Assembly: GCA_951406725.2 (NCBI GenBank)
Contig: OX597820.1
Span: 60,512,001 to 60,576,000, forward strand
From: Octopus vulgaris
Lineage: Eukaryota
Reading direction: 5' to 3'
Length of the DNA stretch: 64,000 bases
In this document: in pieces, positions 1-12,761 of the stretch
Layout of the letters: every line of letters starts with the position of its first letter
Numbering within the stretch: the first letter of the stretch is position 1
Translations under genes and position numbers: made by a program
Notes under the pieces: generated by a model
Databases searched by the model: none
Told to the model about the DNA's origin: nothing
Seen by the model: only the letters and a program-made list of their open reading frames with translations

Positions 1-245
1 CATCCGAATACAACTGTGAAAAGCATAGTTTTCAACCGAGACACTTTGATGAAGTAATAAGAATATTGAATACAAAGAGAAACTTATTCCCGTTCTCTGT
101 TTAAGATTATTCTAAACACCTTTTTTTAACTCCCAAAGCTGATAATCGGTTTCAGTTTATCAAATTTGTCGGTTGAATCTGAAGAAATTAGTGGTGATCT
201 GCTTGAGACAAAAATTAAGTACAAAATATTCACGAAGTGAATATA

Positions 246-650
246 GGCGCAAGAGTGGCTGTGTGGTAAGTAGCTTGCTTACCAACCACATGGTTTCGGG
301 TTCAGTCCCACAGCGTGGCATCGTGGGCAAGTGTCTTCTACTATAGCCTCGGGCCGACCAAAGCCTTGTGAGTGGATTTGGTAGACGGAAACTGAAAGAA
401 GCCCGTCGTATATATGTATATATATATGTATGTGTGTCTCTGTTTGTCTCCCCCCCCAACATCGCTTGACAACATCGCTGGTGTGTTTACGTCTCTGTAA
501 CCTAGCGGTTCGGCAAAAGAGACCAATAGAATAAGTACTAGGCTTACAAAAAATAAGCCCTGGGGTCGATTTGCTCGACTAAAGGCGGTGCTCCAGCATG
601 GCCGCAGTCAAATGACTGAAACAAGTAAAAGAGTAAAAGAGTAAAAGAGA
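246..650 (+). mobile_element. tRNA-derived SINE, family A, full length
   Basis: tRNA-like head (TGGCTGTGTGGT / GGGTTCAGTCCC), internal TA/TG microsatellite, (GTAAAAGA)n tail. More than 10 copies in the window. Confidence 0.85.
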
Positions 651-2636
651 AGTACAGTGAATTATTTTTGCTGCAAGAAATGTATCATTTTTGGCAGAAG
701 CCGTCGACAGAGTTTAACAGTGTGTGGGTTTATCATTCTATATAAGTTAATAACTTGATTAATGGGTGAATTTTGATATTTCTTCTACATTCTCTTTTGT
801 TTATGTGAATAAAAGCAATGTAATCACGAAGTGTTGCTTAGAACGTTGACTCACATTTGTTATATATTTTAATTGTCAATTTACTTACGTGGACACATTA
901 ATAATGCAACACTATATGTGATTTTTTTTTATTACAATGAAAACTGACATGGTGTAAAAGATAAAAATTACGGATATGTAATAACTTGTTAATAACAGGC
1001 ATTGACATCGAAGCAGCGGACGAAATACCTTGCAGTATATATTTCAGCTTCTTACATGCCAAGTCCAAATCCCGACGAAATCAACTTTGCTTTTCATCCT
1101 TCCAGTTTTGATAAATAAAGTACCAATTTAAGACCGGTGGCCAGGCAAATCATAACAGCGTTGGGCATGGGGTTTTGCGGCGCTTGTTGTGAGTTCAAAT
1201 CTCACCATGTCCAACTTGGTTGGCAGATTCAATCCATCGCCTTAACACCGCTAAAGGCATCCAAATACCAATATCTAGTCAGAGATGATGCTTTTCCTCC
1301 TCTAACTTTTTTATGCGCTTTTTGAAGCCTAGCCAGGTTCATGGGCCCGGTTTCCCGGTTTCTATGGCGTGTGTGTTCCCCCCAGCTGGACGGGACGCCA
1401 GTCCATCGCAGCGTTACTCAAGAAACAAGAAGAAAAGGTTTATTTTGGCTCTTATTTCTAGCAATACTGGTGCTGACTTGAACCCATAGTCACTTTTGGT
1501 GATGATTGTATTCGTGCCTTTCGGTTTTAAATTGAGCCTAGACTTTTTCCTGGGGCTAAAAAGTAGTAACATCGTCCTGTTTAGGACTGCCATATTGTGT
1601 TGGTAAAATAGACTTTACTGTTTGGTATTATTACTACATATTTCTCGTTCAGAAATTTAAAACTAGTTGTTTTTCTCTTTACGAGATCAGCGACTGTGTA
1701 TCGCTTTAAAAATATATACTATAAGCAAGGTCGAGTGACTACCATCTCTAGCCGGCGATTGTTCTCTGCTGAAGAAGAGAAATAACTCAGAAACCTTGAT
1801 CTACATGTATCGCTAACGCTAGAAAGGGAGCAATAAACTCCCTTGCTCATATTATACGGACACAGAACATGTGTCAGTAGCCAGCTGGAAAAGATGCTTT
1901 CCTGGGGCTAAAAAGTAATAACTTCGTCCTGTGTAGGATTGCCACATTATGTTGGCAAATAGACTTTATATATATTACTGTTTAAATGAAAAAATATATG
2001 CATATCATTGACTGATACGGAAGTGGCTCTGATTTCCTTTTTAAGATAATCACAGTTATTAAAGTAGACTTTTTAGTAACGTGGCTGATAGTTGTGAGCC
2101 TGATGCGGGTACCGATGTTATGTCATTCGATATTTTACTATATACAAACCAGAGTAATTTTATACAAATATAAATAAATAATGTGTTGAGCTACTACTCA
2201 TTATTGTGTGATTCCATGACATCGATTGATTAGTATTACATATCTTTACAGGGTGCAGCTGAAATTCACCAGTTGACAATATCTATTATAATCTGGTTAC
2301 TATCAAGAAAGCCAGAATCTTCTTTTCAGTTTACATTATTTCGTACAAGCTGCGACATGATCCAACACTTTCTGACATGTTCTAGACACAGCCTTGTAAT
2401 TAAGAAGTTTGCTTCGAAACCACATGTTTGATGGCTCTAAATCGTAACTATATCTTCCAATGTGGTTACAGTTTATGAGTGGCATTTAGGAGACAAAAAC
2501 AGTAGAAATCCGCCGTATGTATGTATGTATGTATGTATGTATGTATGTATGTATGTATGTATGTATGTATGTATGCATGTATGCATGCATGCATGCATGC
2601 ATGCATGCATGCATGTATGTATGTATTATGTATTTG

Positions 2637-2900
2637 TGGAGGCGCGTAGCTTAGTGGTTAGGGTGTCAGCACCATGATCGTAAGATTGTGGTTTCGATTC
2701 CTGGACCGGGCGACGCGTTGTGTTCTTGAGCAAAACACTTCATTTCACGTTGCTCCAGTCCACTCAGCTGGAAAAATGAGTTACGCTGCGATGGACTGGC
2801 GTCCTGTCCAGCTGGGGAACACATACGCCATAGAAACCGGGAAACCGGGAAACCGGGCCCATGAACCTGGCTAGGCTTTAAAAGGGTGCATTTATTATTT
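2637..2900 (+). mobile_element. tRNA-derived SINE, family C
   Basis: Head GGCGCGTAGCTTAGTGGTTAG...GTTTCGATTCC. Near-identical reverse copy at 49495-49749; 3' part also at ~1312-1425 (-). Confidence 0.8.
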
Positions 2901-2904
2901 TTTT

Positions 2905-3079
2905 ATGTATGTATGTGTGTATGTATGTATGTATGTATGTATGTATGTATGTATGTATGTATGTATGTATGTATGTATGTATGTATGTATGTATGTATGT
3001 ATGTATGTATGTATGTATGTATGTATGTATGTATGTATGTATGTATGTATGTATGTATGTATGTATGTATGTATGTATG
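2905..3079. repeat. (TATG)n microsatellite
   Basis: Direct inspection. Further (TATG)n/(CATA)n tracts at 2516-2625, 50065-50150, 50628-50841, 56283-56366 and 58019-58088. Confidence 0.95.
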
Positions 3080-3887
3080 CAATGCGTGCATGTCTGTGTT
3101 TATATGCATTGTTGGTTACATTGTGTTCCTGTATGTCCCCTAACTTAGGAGTCTGAAAAACAGAGAACGATAAAATTAGTATCGGATTGAAATAAGTAAC
3201 GAGATCGAGATAAAGAATTACAATGTTTTGAACCGTCATTGATGTTTCAGTAACTTTACTTTTTTCATAGGTAAACCCAATTTTACCCCTGGAAAGAGGT
3301 AATTCATATTAGTCTATCCTTTGATCTGTCCAGCATGGGAAGCTCTTCCAGGAGCTTGTGCTCCGCAGGCTTGGTTCTCAGGGTCACTGAGGCACACATG
3401 CTATCACCCTACAACAAGGACTAGACTTGGTGGTGAAGAGCGTAACTATATAATACATTGGTTCAACATCTAAAAAAAACCCGTTTCCAAGACAAACTAT
3501 ACAATAGATTTTTTTAAAAACCGCTGGTCGTTCAATGTAGAGAGATTTAAAAGAACCTACAGATATACTGGAAGTATTTGTTTCTCCCATGAAGTATGCT
3601 TTACTTCAATTTGTCTACTAACATTCTGTAATTCATTAACACACTCTTAAATCAAATCGTTTTAAAGAACTCATTGTAAAATTTATCTGTTAAAAGGTGA
3701 TTTCGCCAAACTGGTCTCCGTGTTACCATGAGATTGTAATAGAAAAATTACCGATAGGTTTGTTAGGTCACTGCGGCTTTAGCCAAATGAGAAATATGAG
3801 TTAGCATTTAATAAGTGGTTACTTGGCACTGGAGACAGTACAATGATAAATTTCGCCATCATAATTCGAGGAGAATATTGCATAATA

Positions 3888-5183
3888 TTGGGTTGTCCGG
3901 AAAGCTCGTGCCGATTTTTAAAGGAAAGAAAAAGGTCAATAAATACTTGCCATTACATTTTTAATCAACCAAATATGAACCATTTTGCTGCGCAGTGCGT
4001 CTCCATCTTTCCTTTAACTTGAAAATACCCTCTTCCTAGAATCGAGGTGGTTTCATGGCATAGAATTCACCAAGGTATCTTTTTACGTCATCCAAGGAAT
4101 TGAAATTTTTACCATTAAGACTATTCTGCAGAGACCTGAATTAGTGGAAATCCGAAGGAGCAATATCTGGTGAATATGGAGGGTGGGGTAACACATCCCA
4201 GCCGAGCTGCAGCAATTTTTGTCTGGTTCCCAAAGAAACATGCGGTCTTGCATTATCATGTTGGAAAACAACACCCTTCCTGTTGGCCAATTCTGGACGT
4301 TTCTCATTGCTGCTTTTAACTCGTCCAGTTGTGTGCAGTATTTCTCAGAATTAATTGTCTGGTTACTTGGGAGAAACTCATAGTACAGAATTCCTTTCCA
4401 ATCCCACCAGGCACAAAGCAAGACTATTTTAGGGTGAAGACCCGCTTTTGGGATGGCTAAGGGTGGCTCACGTCGCTTACTCCAGGATCGCTTTCTCTGA
4501 ACATTTCAGTAGATAATCCATTTCTCATCACCTGTCACAATTTGCTTTAAAAAAAGGAGCGTTTTTATTCCGTTTATAAAGTGAATCACAGAAGGAAATG
4601 CGATCCAAAAGGTTCTTCTCACTCAACTCATGTGGTACTCAAACATTGTAGCTATTTGTGTACCTACCCAAGCTTTACCAGGTGCTCATGAACGACGGAT
4701 TTTAATAGGTTGAGGCTTTCTGCTAATTCTCGGCTTGTGCAATGTGGGTTATTCTCAATTAATGACTTGATTTGGTCATCAGCTGTAGTGGATGGTCTGC
4801 CTGATCGCTCTTTATCAATAAGGCTACAATCTCCAAATCGGCACCTTGCGAACCACTTTCGTACAGTTCTTACGAACAACCATAGTTAATAACCAACCTC
4901 TGTAAACTGCGCATATTTCTTTGGTTGCTCGTGAGGTATTTTTCCCTTTACGGAAAAAGTAAAACATCAAGTGCCGAAAATGAACTTTCTTATCTTCCAT
5001 TTTAAAGGGTTTACAGAATTAACACAGGTTATAGGAATATAAACCTTCTTCCACGAAAAGATAGCTTAAACAGTGGTCTAAATAGAGGTATAGTCAAATC
5101 CTATTTTATGGACTCAACCATGTTCTAAAATAAGTCGAAAGGTAAGCTACTATAAATTGGCACGAACTTTCCGGACAACCCAA
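3888..5183 (-). mobile_element. Full-length (1296 bp) mariner transposon with inactivated DD34D transposase, mellifera-subfamily-like
   Basis: TIRs TTGGGTTGTCCGGAAAG(T/C)TCGTGCC flanked by TA on both sides. Minus-strand start MEDKKVHFRHLM at 5000; motifs TGDEKW, HDNARPH and [11 protein letters not shown] followed by a premature stop; frameshifts present. Confidence 0.93.
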
Positions 5184-5744
5184 TAGATCATAAGTTTTGA
5201 TAGAATATTTTCGTGATCACTAACAACATAGATAAATACTAGCAGAAGATATATTCATCCCAAGATGGAATTTATTTAAAGTTCAGTAACACTAATACTC
5301 CTTTTACATGGAACAGACGTCGGGTTACTATGACTTTAATATTCGCAATGGCTGTTTAGAAAACATAACTAGACATGTGTATATGTCTTCTCTTTTTTTT
5401 TTCCTCATTGTTTTTTGTTGCCTTTTCTCACAAATGGTTCATTGTGGATCCGAGTAGAACAAGAAATAAAAAAATGATTTTAAAATGTACGTAAAACAAA
5501 ATTTAATGATAAAATAAATATTAAATTAAACGCGCTATCAAAGCATTTATTTATTTTTTTACATAATTATTTACATAAATCCGGTTCAAAGCAAACATTG
5601 AACCGGATTGTCCATAACAAAATCTAATCTGTATTTAAAGAAGAACATTGTGCTCTATATTTGAACAACATTTATTATTATCATTTTCAATACGTCTAAG
5701 ATAGGACGTATTCGCCATCATTGTTTAACCAAAATCTGTACGCA

Positions 5745-5810
<66 letters not shown>

Positions 5811-5811
<1 letters not shown>

Positions 5812-6129
5812 TCTTTTATTTTTTTATTTGTTTCAGTCATTTGACTGCGGCCATGCTGGACCACCGCCTTCAGTCGAACAAATCTTATTCTTTGTAAGCC
5901 TTTTGCTGAGCCGCTAACGATGGTTGGAGGGGGACAATCACAGACACACAAACACACACATATATACGACGGTCTTCCTTCAGTTTCCGCCTACCAAATC
6001 CACTCACAAGGCTTTGGTCGGCCCGAGGCTACAGTAGAAGACACTTGCCCAAGGTGCCACGCAGTGGGACAGAACCCGGAACCATGTGGTTGGTAAGCAG
6101 GCTACTTACCACACAGCCACATCTGCGTC
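5811..6129 (-). mobile_element. SINE family A, internally deleted
   Basis: Reverse complement of head and tail of 246-650. Confidence 0.8.
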
Positions 6130-6791
6130 TATATATATATCAGAAGCAACAGAGTGGCCTAAGGGCTGAAAGTTTTATGCGTTGGCACTTTATCAAACTA
6201 GTTACCAGTTGACGGTCTGCTTGTTTATATAGCTGTTGATTTATAAATAAATATATTTCCCCATGGAATGTTCTATAACGAATGAATGTGTACGTGTATA
6301 TATATATATGTTTGCGTGGATGGGAGTGTGTACGCGAGTTTGTGTACTATGTATACACTGCATCTGTGTATATATAGATATGTGTGTGTGTGTGTATGTA
6401 TATATGCATAATTATATGTATATATGTGTATACACGTATATATATATATATGTGTATGTGTGTATGTATGTATGCATACGTGTGTGTATGTATACCTGTG
6501 TGATCATGTATACGTGTATCCGTGTATACATGCACACAAACTCATACACCTAATTCATGTGCACATTCTCTCATATGTGCGAATTTTGTGGTGTTTGTTT
6601 TGCTTTGATATGTGTATCTAAGTATGTATGTGTGTATATGTGAGTATGTGTATGCGTGTGTGATGTCACACACAATATTCTTTTGTTTTTCCTTGTTTTC
6701 TTCTTGTTTATCTAAGTATTTGCTTATTGAACGACAACGAACGTACTTTTGAAATGTTTGAATTATCCACGTGATATTATAATTTGTTCTT

Positions 6792-7378
6792 AGGCGGCGA
6801 GCTGGCAGAATCGTTAGCACGCCGGGCGAAACGCTTAGCGGTATTGCGTCTGCGTTACGTTGTGAGTTCAAATTCCGCCGAGGTCGACTTTGCCTTTCAT
6901 CCGTTCGGGGTCGATAAATTAAGTACCAGTTACGAACTGGGGTCGATGTAATCGACTTAATACCTATGTCTGTCCTTGTTTGTTCCCTCTGTGTTTAGCC
7001 CCTTGTGGGTAATAAAGAAATAGGTATTGCGTCTGTCGTTGCGTTCTAAGTTCAAATTCTGCCGAGGTCGACTTTGCCTTTCATCCTTTCGGGGTCGATA
7101 AATTAAGTACAAGTTACGCACTGGAGTCGATGTAATCGATTTAATCCGTTTGTCTGTCCTTGTTTGTCCCCTCTATGTTTAGCCCCTTGTGGGCAATAAA
7201 GAAACAGATATTTCATCTGTCTTCGTGTTCTGAGTTCAAATGACGCCGGGGTCGACTTTGCCTTTCATCCTTTCGGGGTCGATAAATTAAGTACCACTTA
7301 TGCACTGTGGTCAATGTCATCGACTCATCCCCTTTCCCTAAATTTCAGGCCTTGTGCCTATAGTAGAAAGGATTATTA
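6792..7378 (+). mobile_element. tRNA-derived SINE, family B, with tandemly triplicated ~185-bp body
   Basis: Head GGCGGCGAGCTGGCAGAATCGTTAGC; the unit GAGTTCAAATTCCGCCGAGGTCGACTTTGCCTTTCATCC occurs three times. Confidence 0.85.
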
Positions 7379-7586
7379 TAATTCGCTCCAGAACATTCCA
7401 TTAAAGAAATATATTTATTTATCAACAGCTATGTAAACACGCAGACCTTCAACCTGTAACTAGTTTGATAAGTGCCAACGCATGAAACTCTCAGACCTTG
7501 AGTCACTCTGTTGCTTCTGCTAAATATTAATAAAAATATACCTATACTCATATTTTGAGTTTTATTTGCCTGTTTGCACAACATAC

Positions 7587-7656
<70 letters not shown>

Positions 7657-10262
7657 CAGTTGTCTATAAATCAGAAAACAGAGAATTTGAGCGGTTATAC
7701 TTTTATATTGTCAAGAAGAATATTTTTGGTTATACCATATAACCGATCAGAAAGTTACGACTAGTTTCGTCTCTAGTATTACACATGGCAAAACCGACGC
7801 TTTAGACATGCTGGCCAGAAGCGCATTGCCTCCTTAATGCACGAGGTAAATATACGGTCTTGATTAGCTTGATGGTGAAATAAAAACGGAACGGGCCAAA
7901 AAAAACAACCCCTTTCTGGGAGGGGTAAGGGTGCTTTGTCCCGTTGTACGATTCCAGTATGGCAGAAGGTCAGCTGTTCTTGCGTACATATTTTCTGTTT
8001 CCTAGTCTGAAAACCGAGAAGACTATGTTTCCAAAAGGAATATTCTATCATCAGGACAGCGGTTAACAATTTCACTCCTTGAGTTGATGAAGGCATCCAG
8101 ATAGTGTGAATTTTTTTAGAATTGTTCTCCTCTTGACTAATTAAAGCTTGTTCCGTCTGCTTCCGTTCAGATTTATCCCAGTTTGTTCCAACAGTTTCCT
8201 GGTGATTTTGTATAGTATTCCTTCCTCTTAATTATCATATACAGCTGGTTAATGTAACGTTGAATCATAAAAGAGGACCTGTAATAATTTAACCTGGCCT
8301 TAAAGGAGCCCTCCGTTATCCCAATATATTTCTATGTGTGCGTTCCTGCGTTGCTGCTGTTGTTATTGTAGCTGAACAAAACTGCCTTTACTTCGTTAAT
8401 CACAGCCTCTACGTTTCATCGACCACTCACTGGGTACTCACTGCTAGCCCTACATGAGCATCTTGCCTCTATGCTGGGATTTGGGGTGTACACTAATATC
8501 TTTTTGACACTAGGCGAACAACTGAACGAGACCCTTAAGTTATGTCTATTGAATAATCCGCTATACCTATGGACTGAGACAACTCTTCTCTTTTAAGAAA
8601 GGGCTTTTCTTCGTTTCGCCCCCCCCCTTTTTTTTCCATCACCAAACTAAGATTGAATATTTACGTCCAGCATTAAAGAGTTATGTGCTTCCGGCTAGCA
8701 TGGTTCGAAGATATGCGTGTGTGTTTGCATTTGCCCACCCTTATTGCTTTGTTTACGTCCCCGTAACTTAACGGTTTGGCAAAGAGTTTCATAGAATAAA
8801 TATCAGACTTTTAAAAGATAAGTACTGAAGGTGATTTGTTCGAGGTGGTGCTCCAGCATGATTGCAGTTCAGTGACTGAAACAAGCAGTAAAATATAATA
8901 TAGTAATGATCACGATGAGTATAACTAGAATATTTATAACTCAAGGACAGAGAAGGGGAAGAAAAAGGGAGAGAGAGAGAGAGCGAGAGAGAGAGAGCGT
9001 CCAAGTAACAGAAACTTAAGATAACAATAACACTTCTTAAACAGTTTAGATAATATATAATATATAATCTAAGCTGTTTAAGATGTGTTATCTTTAAGAA
9101 GTGCTACCTTATACTTATTGAAGTTTAACACACCCATTCTTATTAATCAGTTGCATACCAGATGGATGTCTTGGTTAAAAATTGAAATGTGTTGATATGC
9201 ATCACTAAGTTATTCTGTTATAAATCAACTACTGTATGTAACACGAATTTTTAATATAATAGGCTTCACAGAGGTTGGTTATTAACTATGGATGTTCGTA
9301 AGTCGGACATTCGTAAGCTGGGGACTGTGTGTAATGTATTTTAATGTGTAGTGCTAGTTAAAAACGAGATACGACAAAACCAGGGAAATAGAAACGGGAA
9401 GAATTTGAGATAAATAGCAATACAAACTAACACTAGACATTTTACACTTTCTATTTTGATGTTATATTGTTTTCAGTTTTTATCAGCTAGCCTTTCTGGC
9501 TTATATAATCAGCACCAATAATATACTGTGATTGATTCAATAAATTATACCGCTTTCTTCCGAAAATCAATGTCGTTCTTGTGTATGCTTCAATGTCTAA
9601 ATATCTGATTTATACAGTTGCTAATAAGTTTATAATTTTTCGGATTATTAACCCCACTTTTAGATATGAAATCATTGTTAAAATTATTTATTTACATCAA
9701 CTCAACGTTTTGATCGGTTTAATTTCCTATCTTCATCAAGCATTTCTATTCCTGTAGTGCCAGATTGTATTCGAACTTTGAAATCTTTATTTATAAATCA
9801 AAGGTGACAAAACTCTTTTTCACTTGGCCAGAGAAGCATGATTATTGCCCCCAAAATAAAGTAAATAGTGCGAAAGATTATAACCATACCAATTACTGCT
9901 TGTTTGAAATGCTTTTGATGTCCCATTAAATGCTATTTTTTTACAGTGTACCGCTCACTATTTATCCCCCCCACTTCTCTCTCCTCGTTCCCCTGACATG
10001 CGATTCAAAAGCAGTTAACTGCAATTGATATTGTCAATATCTGTATTTTGTTGAAGCACTGGCAGCTCGTTTAGTTACTGTATACCTAGTAGAGATGTAC
10101 ACTATAAGTTTAACTCTGCAATTTATATCTTCTATATAACAATATGTATTTGATTTGCAAGATTCTTTTATATGAACTCATGTGTTGAAACAAATATTGT
10201 TATAACTGGGGAAGTCATTTTGTCAATAAACACACGCACTGTTTATGTGATTTTCACTTTAC

Positions 10263-10314
<52 letters not shown>

Positions 10315-10319
10315 GTTGT

Positions 10320-10372
<53 letters not shown>

Positions 10373-10391
10373 TCATTAATATTGTTTATTT

Positions 10392-10434
10392 GTCAGAGCT
10401 CTTTCTTCACACATTCTGTGACCTCTTCAGTCAC
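10392..10434 (-). ncRNA. Minimal type I hammerhead ribozyme motif, partly degenerate
   Basis: Minus strand reads GTGA-CTGAAGA-G-GTCACA gaatg TGTGAA-GAAA-GAGC-TC-TGAC. Core intact; first stem II pair and one stem I pair broken. Confidence 0.6.
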
Positions 10435-11607
10435 AATTTCTTCTTCTACGTGTCTTCCTTTCTCTCTGATCTTGTCCTGTCTATTCCATCTTGTCGTACT
10501 TACGTACTCATCCCTATTTGCGCATGCGTTTGCGTCTGCCCGTGTTTATGTGTTTGACATGTACATGTCTGTCTTGTATGCGTAAATATGAGTTTGTATA
10601 TCACTATTTGCATCCGTGTCTCCTTTTTCCTTTTCTTTTTTTAAGCATCCGAACCACAGACTATCTGTCTTTTTTTGGGGGTGGGGGACACTGAAACCTT
10701 GCTGGAAACTAGGAATAACAAAGTTCAAATTCTCCAATCGCACTACGCCAAACCCATGGCCTCTAAATAACTGAACCACCGGAACGAACAATTGCCGATA
10801 ATACCAGTTCAGTATCCTGCTAGCGGATTTGATACGGGAAATGACAAACGTGTCCCACATGTGTGACCCAACAGAATTAGAGAAACACATACAGCACTTC
10901 ATCCACCGCATGCGGTCCTAAGGGTACAGTCAAAGAGACAGGATCAAGGTGTACAAAGGAGCCATGATAAAATTCAAGACTATCATAGAGAATGACGCAA
11001 ATGGGCTCTGCCGGCTACACAGGAGTAAATCATGGGATAGTATAGAAAGGACTAAAAGGAATATAGTTAAGACCAGCCCATGGTATAACAACCGAAACTA
11101 CCAGAGTGCGATGTTAGAGGCAAACTAGTGTATTATTTTATAAAAGCCTTAGGTAAACTGAATTTACGGATTAAAGTAGTTGAATGGACAGGAACTTCTT
11201 TAAATTCCTGATCTGTTAAACATACTCAATTTAAAGGACCCCCTGTAGCTGATAAGAACTGCATAGTGCGTGTGGTAAGCCTGCAGATATACTACAGAAA
11301 TAGGACAACTACATATATTGGAAAGACAGCGCGTAGCGTAGGAGAGAGGATAAATAAACACTGGCAGGAATAACGGAATAACAACACCCCAACCCACCTG
11401 ACAACTTAAAACAGAATAATTCAAAAGAAAAAAAGGAGGTACGGATACAAACAATGTGATATACAAGCCCATACACGAGCAAACAAAGACACATACATAA
11501 GCACAGACGCAAAAGCATGCACAGATAGAGATACATACCGCATAAAGATAAGACAGAATAGACAGGACCATACCAGAGAGAAGAGGAGACATGGGGAAGA
11601 AGAGATG

Positions 11608-11650
11608 GTCATCGAAGAGTTCACAGAATGTGTGACGAAAGAACCCTGAC
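11608..11650 (+). ncRNA. Degenerate hammerhead motif (second pseudo-LTR copy)
   Basis: GTCA-TCGAAGA-G-TTCACA gaatg TGTGAC-GAAA-GAAC-CC-TGAC. Stem I perfect, core mutated. Confidence 0.5.
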
Positions 11651-12263
11651 AAATAAGCCATAACTAATAATGATAATAAAGCTAAAGTGAAAATCAAATA
11701 AATAGCACCATATAACCCGTCCCCGAATATAACAATATATATATAAATGGAGTTTAACACAGGTATAATTCAAATACTTTTACTTCCGACACATGTTTCG
11801 AAGATTTCACTGATATTTTTCAAAAGAATAAATGGTATAATGTTAATTGTTAACAAAGGAAAAATACACTCATCTATATATATATATTCATACATCTGTC
11901 TTTGTTTTTTGTTTTTCTATAAATTTCAACTGTGTGTGCGTGTGTGTGTGTGTGTGTGTATTTTATTATTTTTCAAACGATATATTAAAACGCGTTTTTT
12001 TTTATTCAATCAGTACCTTTCAGTATAGTTTGCTGCAAGTGATTTACTGCAGAGCTTAACATTTACCATTTACTGTTATCTCCAGTACTTATATAACTGG
12101 AAAATACGTTTATTTTTTAATATAACATTCAAAACATACTTAAGTGTCTACAGAATTCAAGAATGATTAATTGAACGGTAAAAAATACAATTTCTATGAA
12201 CATTCTTAATTCTTGTATGTATTTTCCTATTCGTTAAAAAGATATTATTTTCATATTTGCTAG

Positions 12264-12339
12264 TGGTTACCTCTCTTCAGCTTCGGGCTTCCAGAGTTTG
12301 CAATTTCGATTGTTAGAAAACAAATTTGGAGTAAAAGAG
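12264..12339 (+). CDS. TDO2: Tryptophan 2,3-dioxygenase, internal coding exon (first exon found in the window)
   Basis: tag|T GGT TAC...GTA AAA GAG|gtaagt. Translates GYLSSASGFQSLQFRLLENKFGVKE, matching the TDO motif YLSPASGFQSLQFRLLENK. Phase 2-0. Confidence 0.96.
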
Positions 12340-12761
12340 GTAAGTATAATCACTAAAACATAAGAAATGAAAGTTTTTTTTTTAATATCTTATTCTGAGT
12401 ACATACTTTCATAATTTTACCCCTTTGCCTGTTCTGTATTTGACGTGATACTCGGGGTATATTTTCCTGGCATCTATATATCATATATAATACGCGTTCC
12501 CAATTTTTTCAACCACTAGAATAACCTAGGACTTACGAAAGCAAAGCTTCATATTAGAATGTTTGAAACAAGGGATAACTAAAAGTCTGAAAACAAGAAT
12601 GGACATTTAGGACAAAGAGTTAATTTAATCATTTTTTATAGATTTGTATTAATAAGATGTTAGCAAAATGTAAATTCAGAATAAATGAAGAATCAGTCAT
12701 TGATTCCAGAACGAATTGCAACACTCTCAGTATTCAACATAACTGCTATTCAGTGGCATAG

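Larger units (their letters stand above)
10170..11790 (+). mobile_element. Decayed Penelope-like element: inverted 5' pseudo-LTR, RT C-terminus, GIY-YIG remnant and 3' pseudo-LTR
   Basis: Broken frames give HYAKPMASK, HFIHRMRS*GYSQRDRIKVY, LRIKVVEWTG and YIGKTARSVGERINKHW (YIG at 11314-11322). 10380-10500 is the reverse complement of ~11550-11660. Confidence 0.8.

Noticed and set aside
246-320. tRNA genes at SINE heads
   Set aside because: A/B-box-like motifs continue into SINE bodies and do not form full cloverleaves.
1545-1983. Hammerhead in a repeat with ~80-bp direct repeats (CTGAAGAAGAG...CTCAGAAAC near 1769-1794)
   Set aside because: Stems I and III could not be closed convincingly; probably a decayed PLE-type repeat, not called as a ribozyme.
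3271-3298. Small AG...GT-bounded segment as an upstream TDO2 exon
   Set aside because: No similarity to TDO, and its phase does not fit the phase-2 start of exon 12264.
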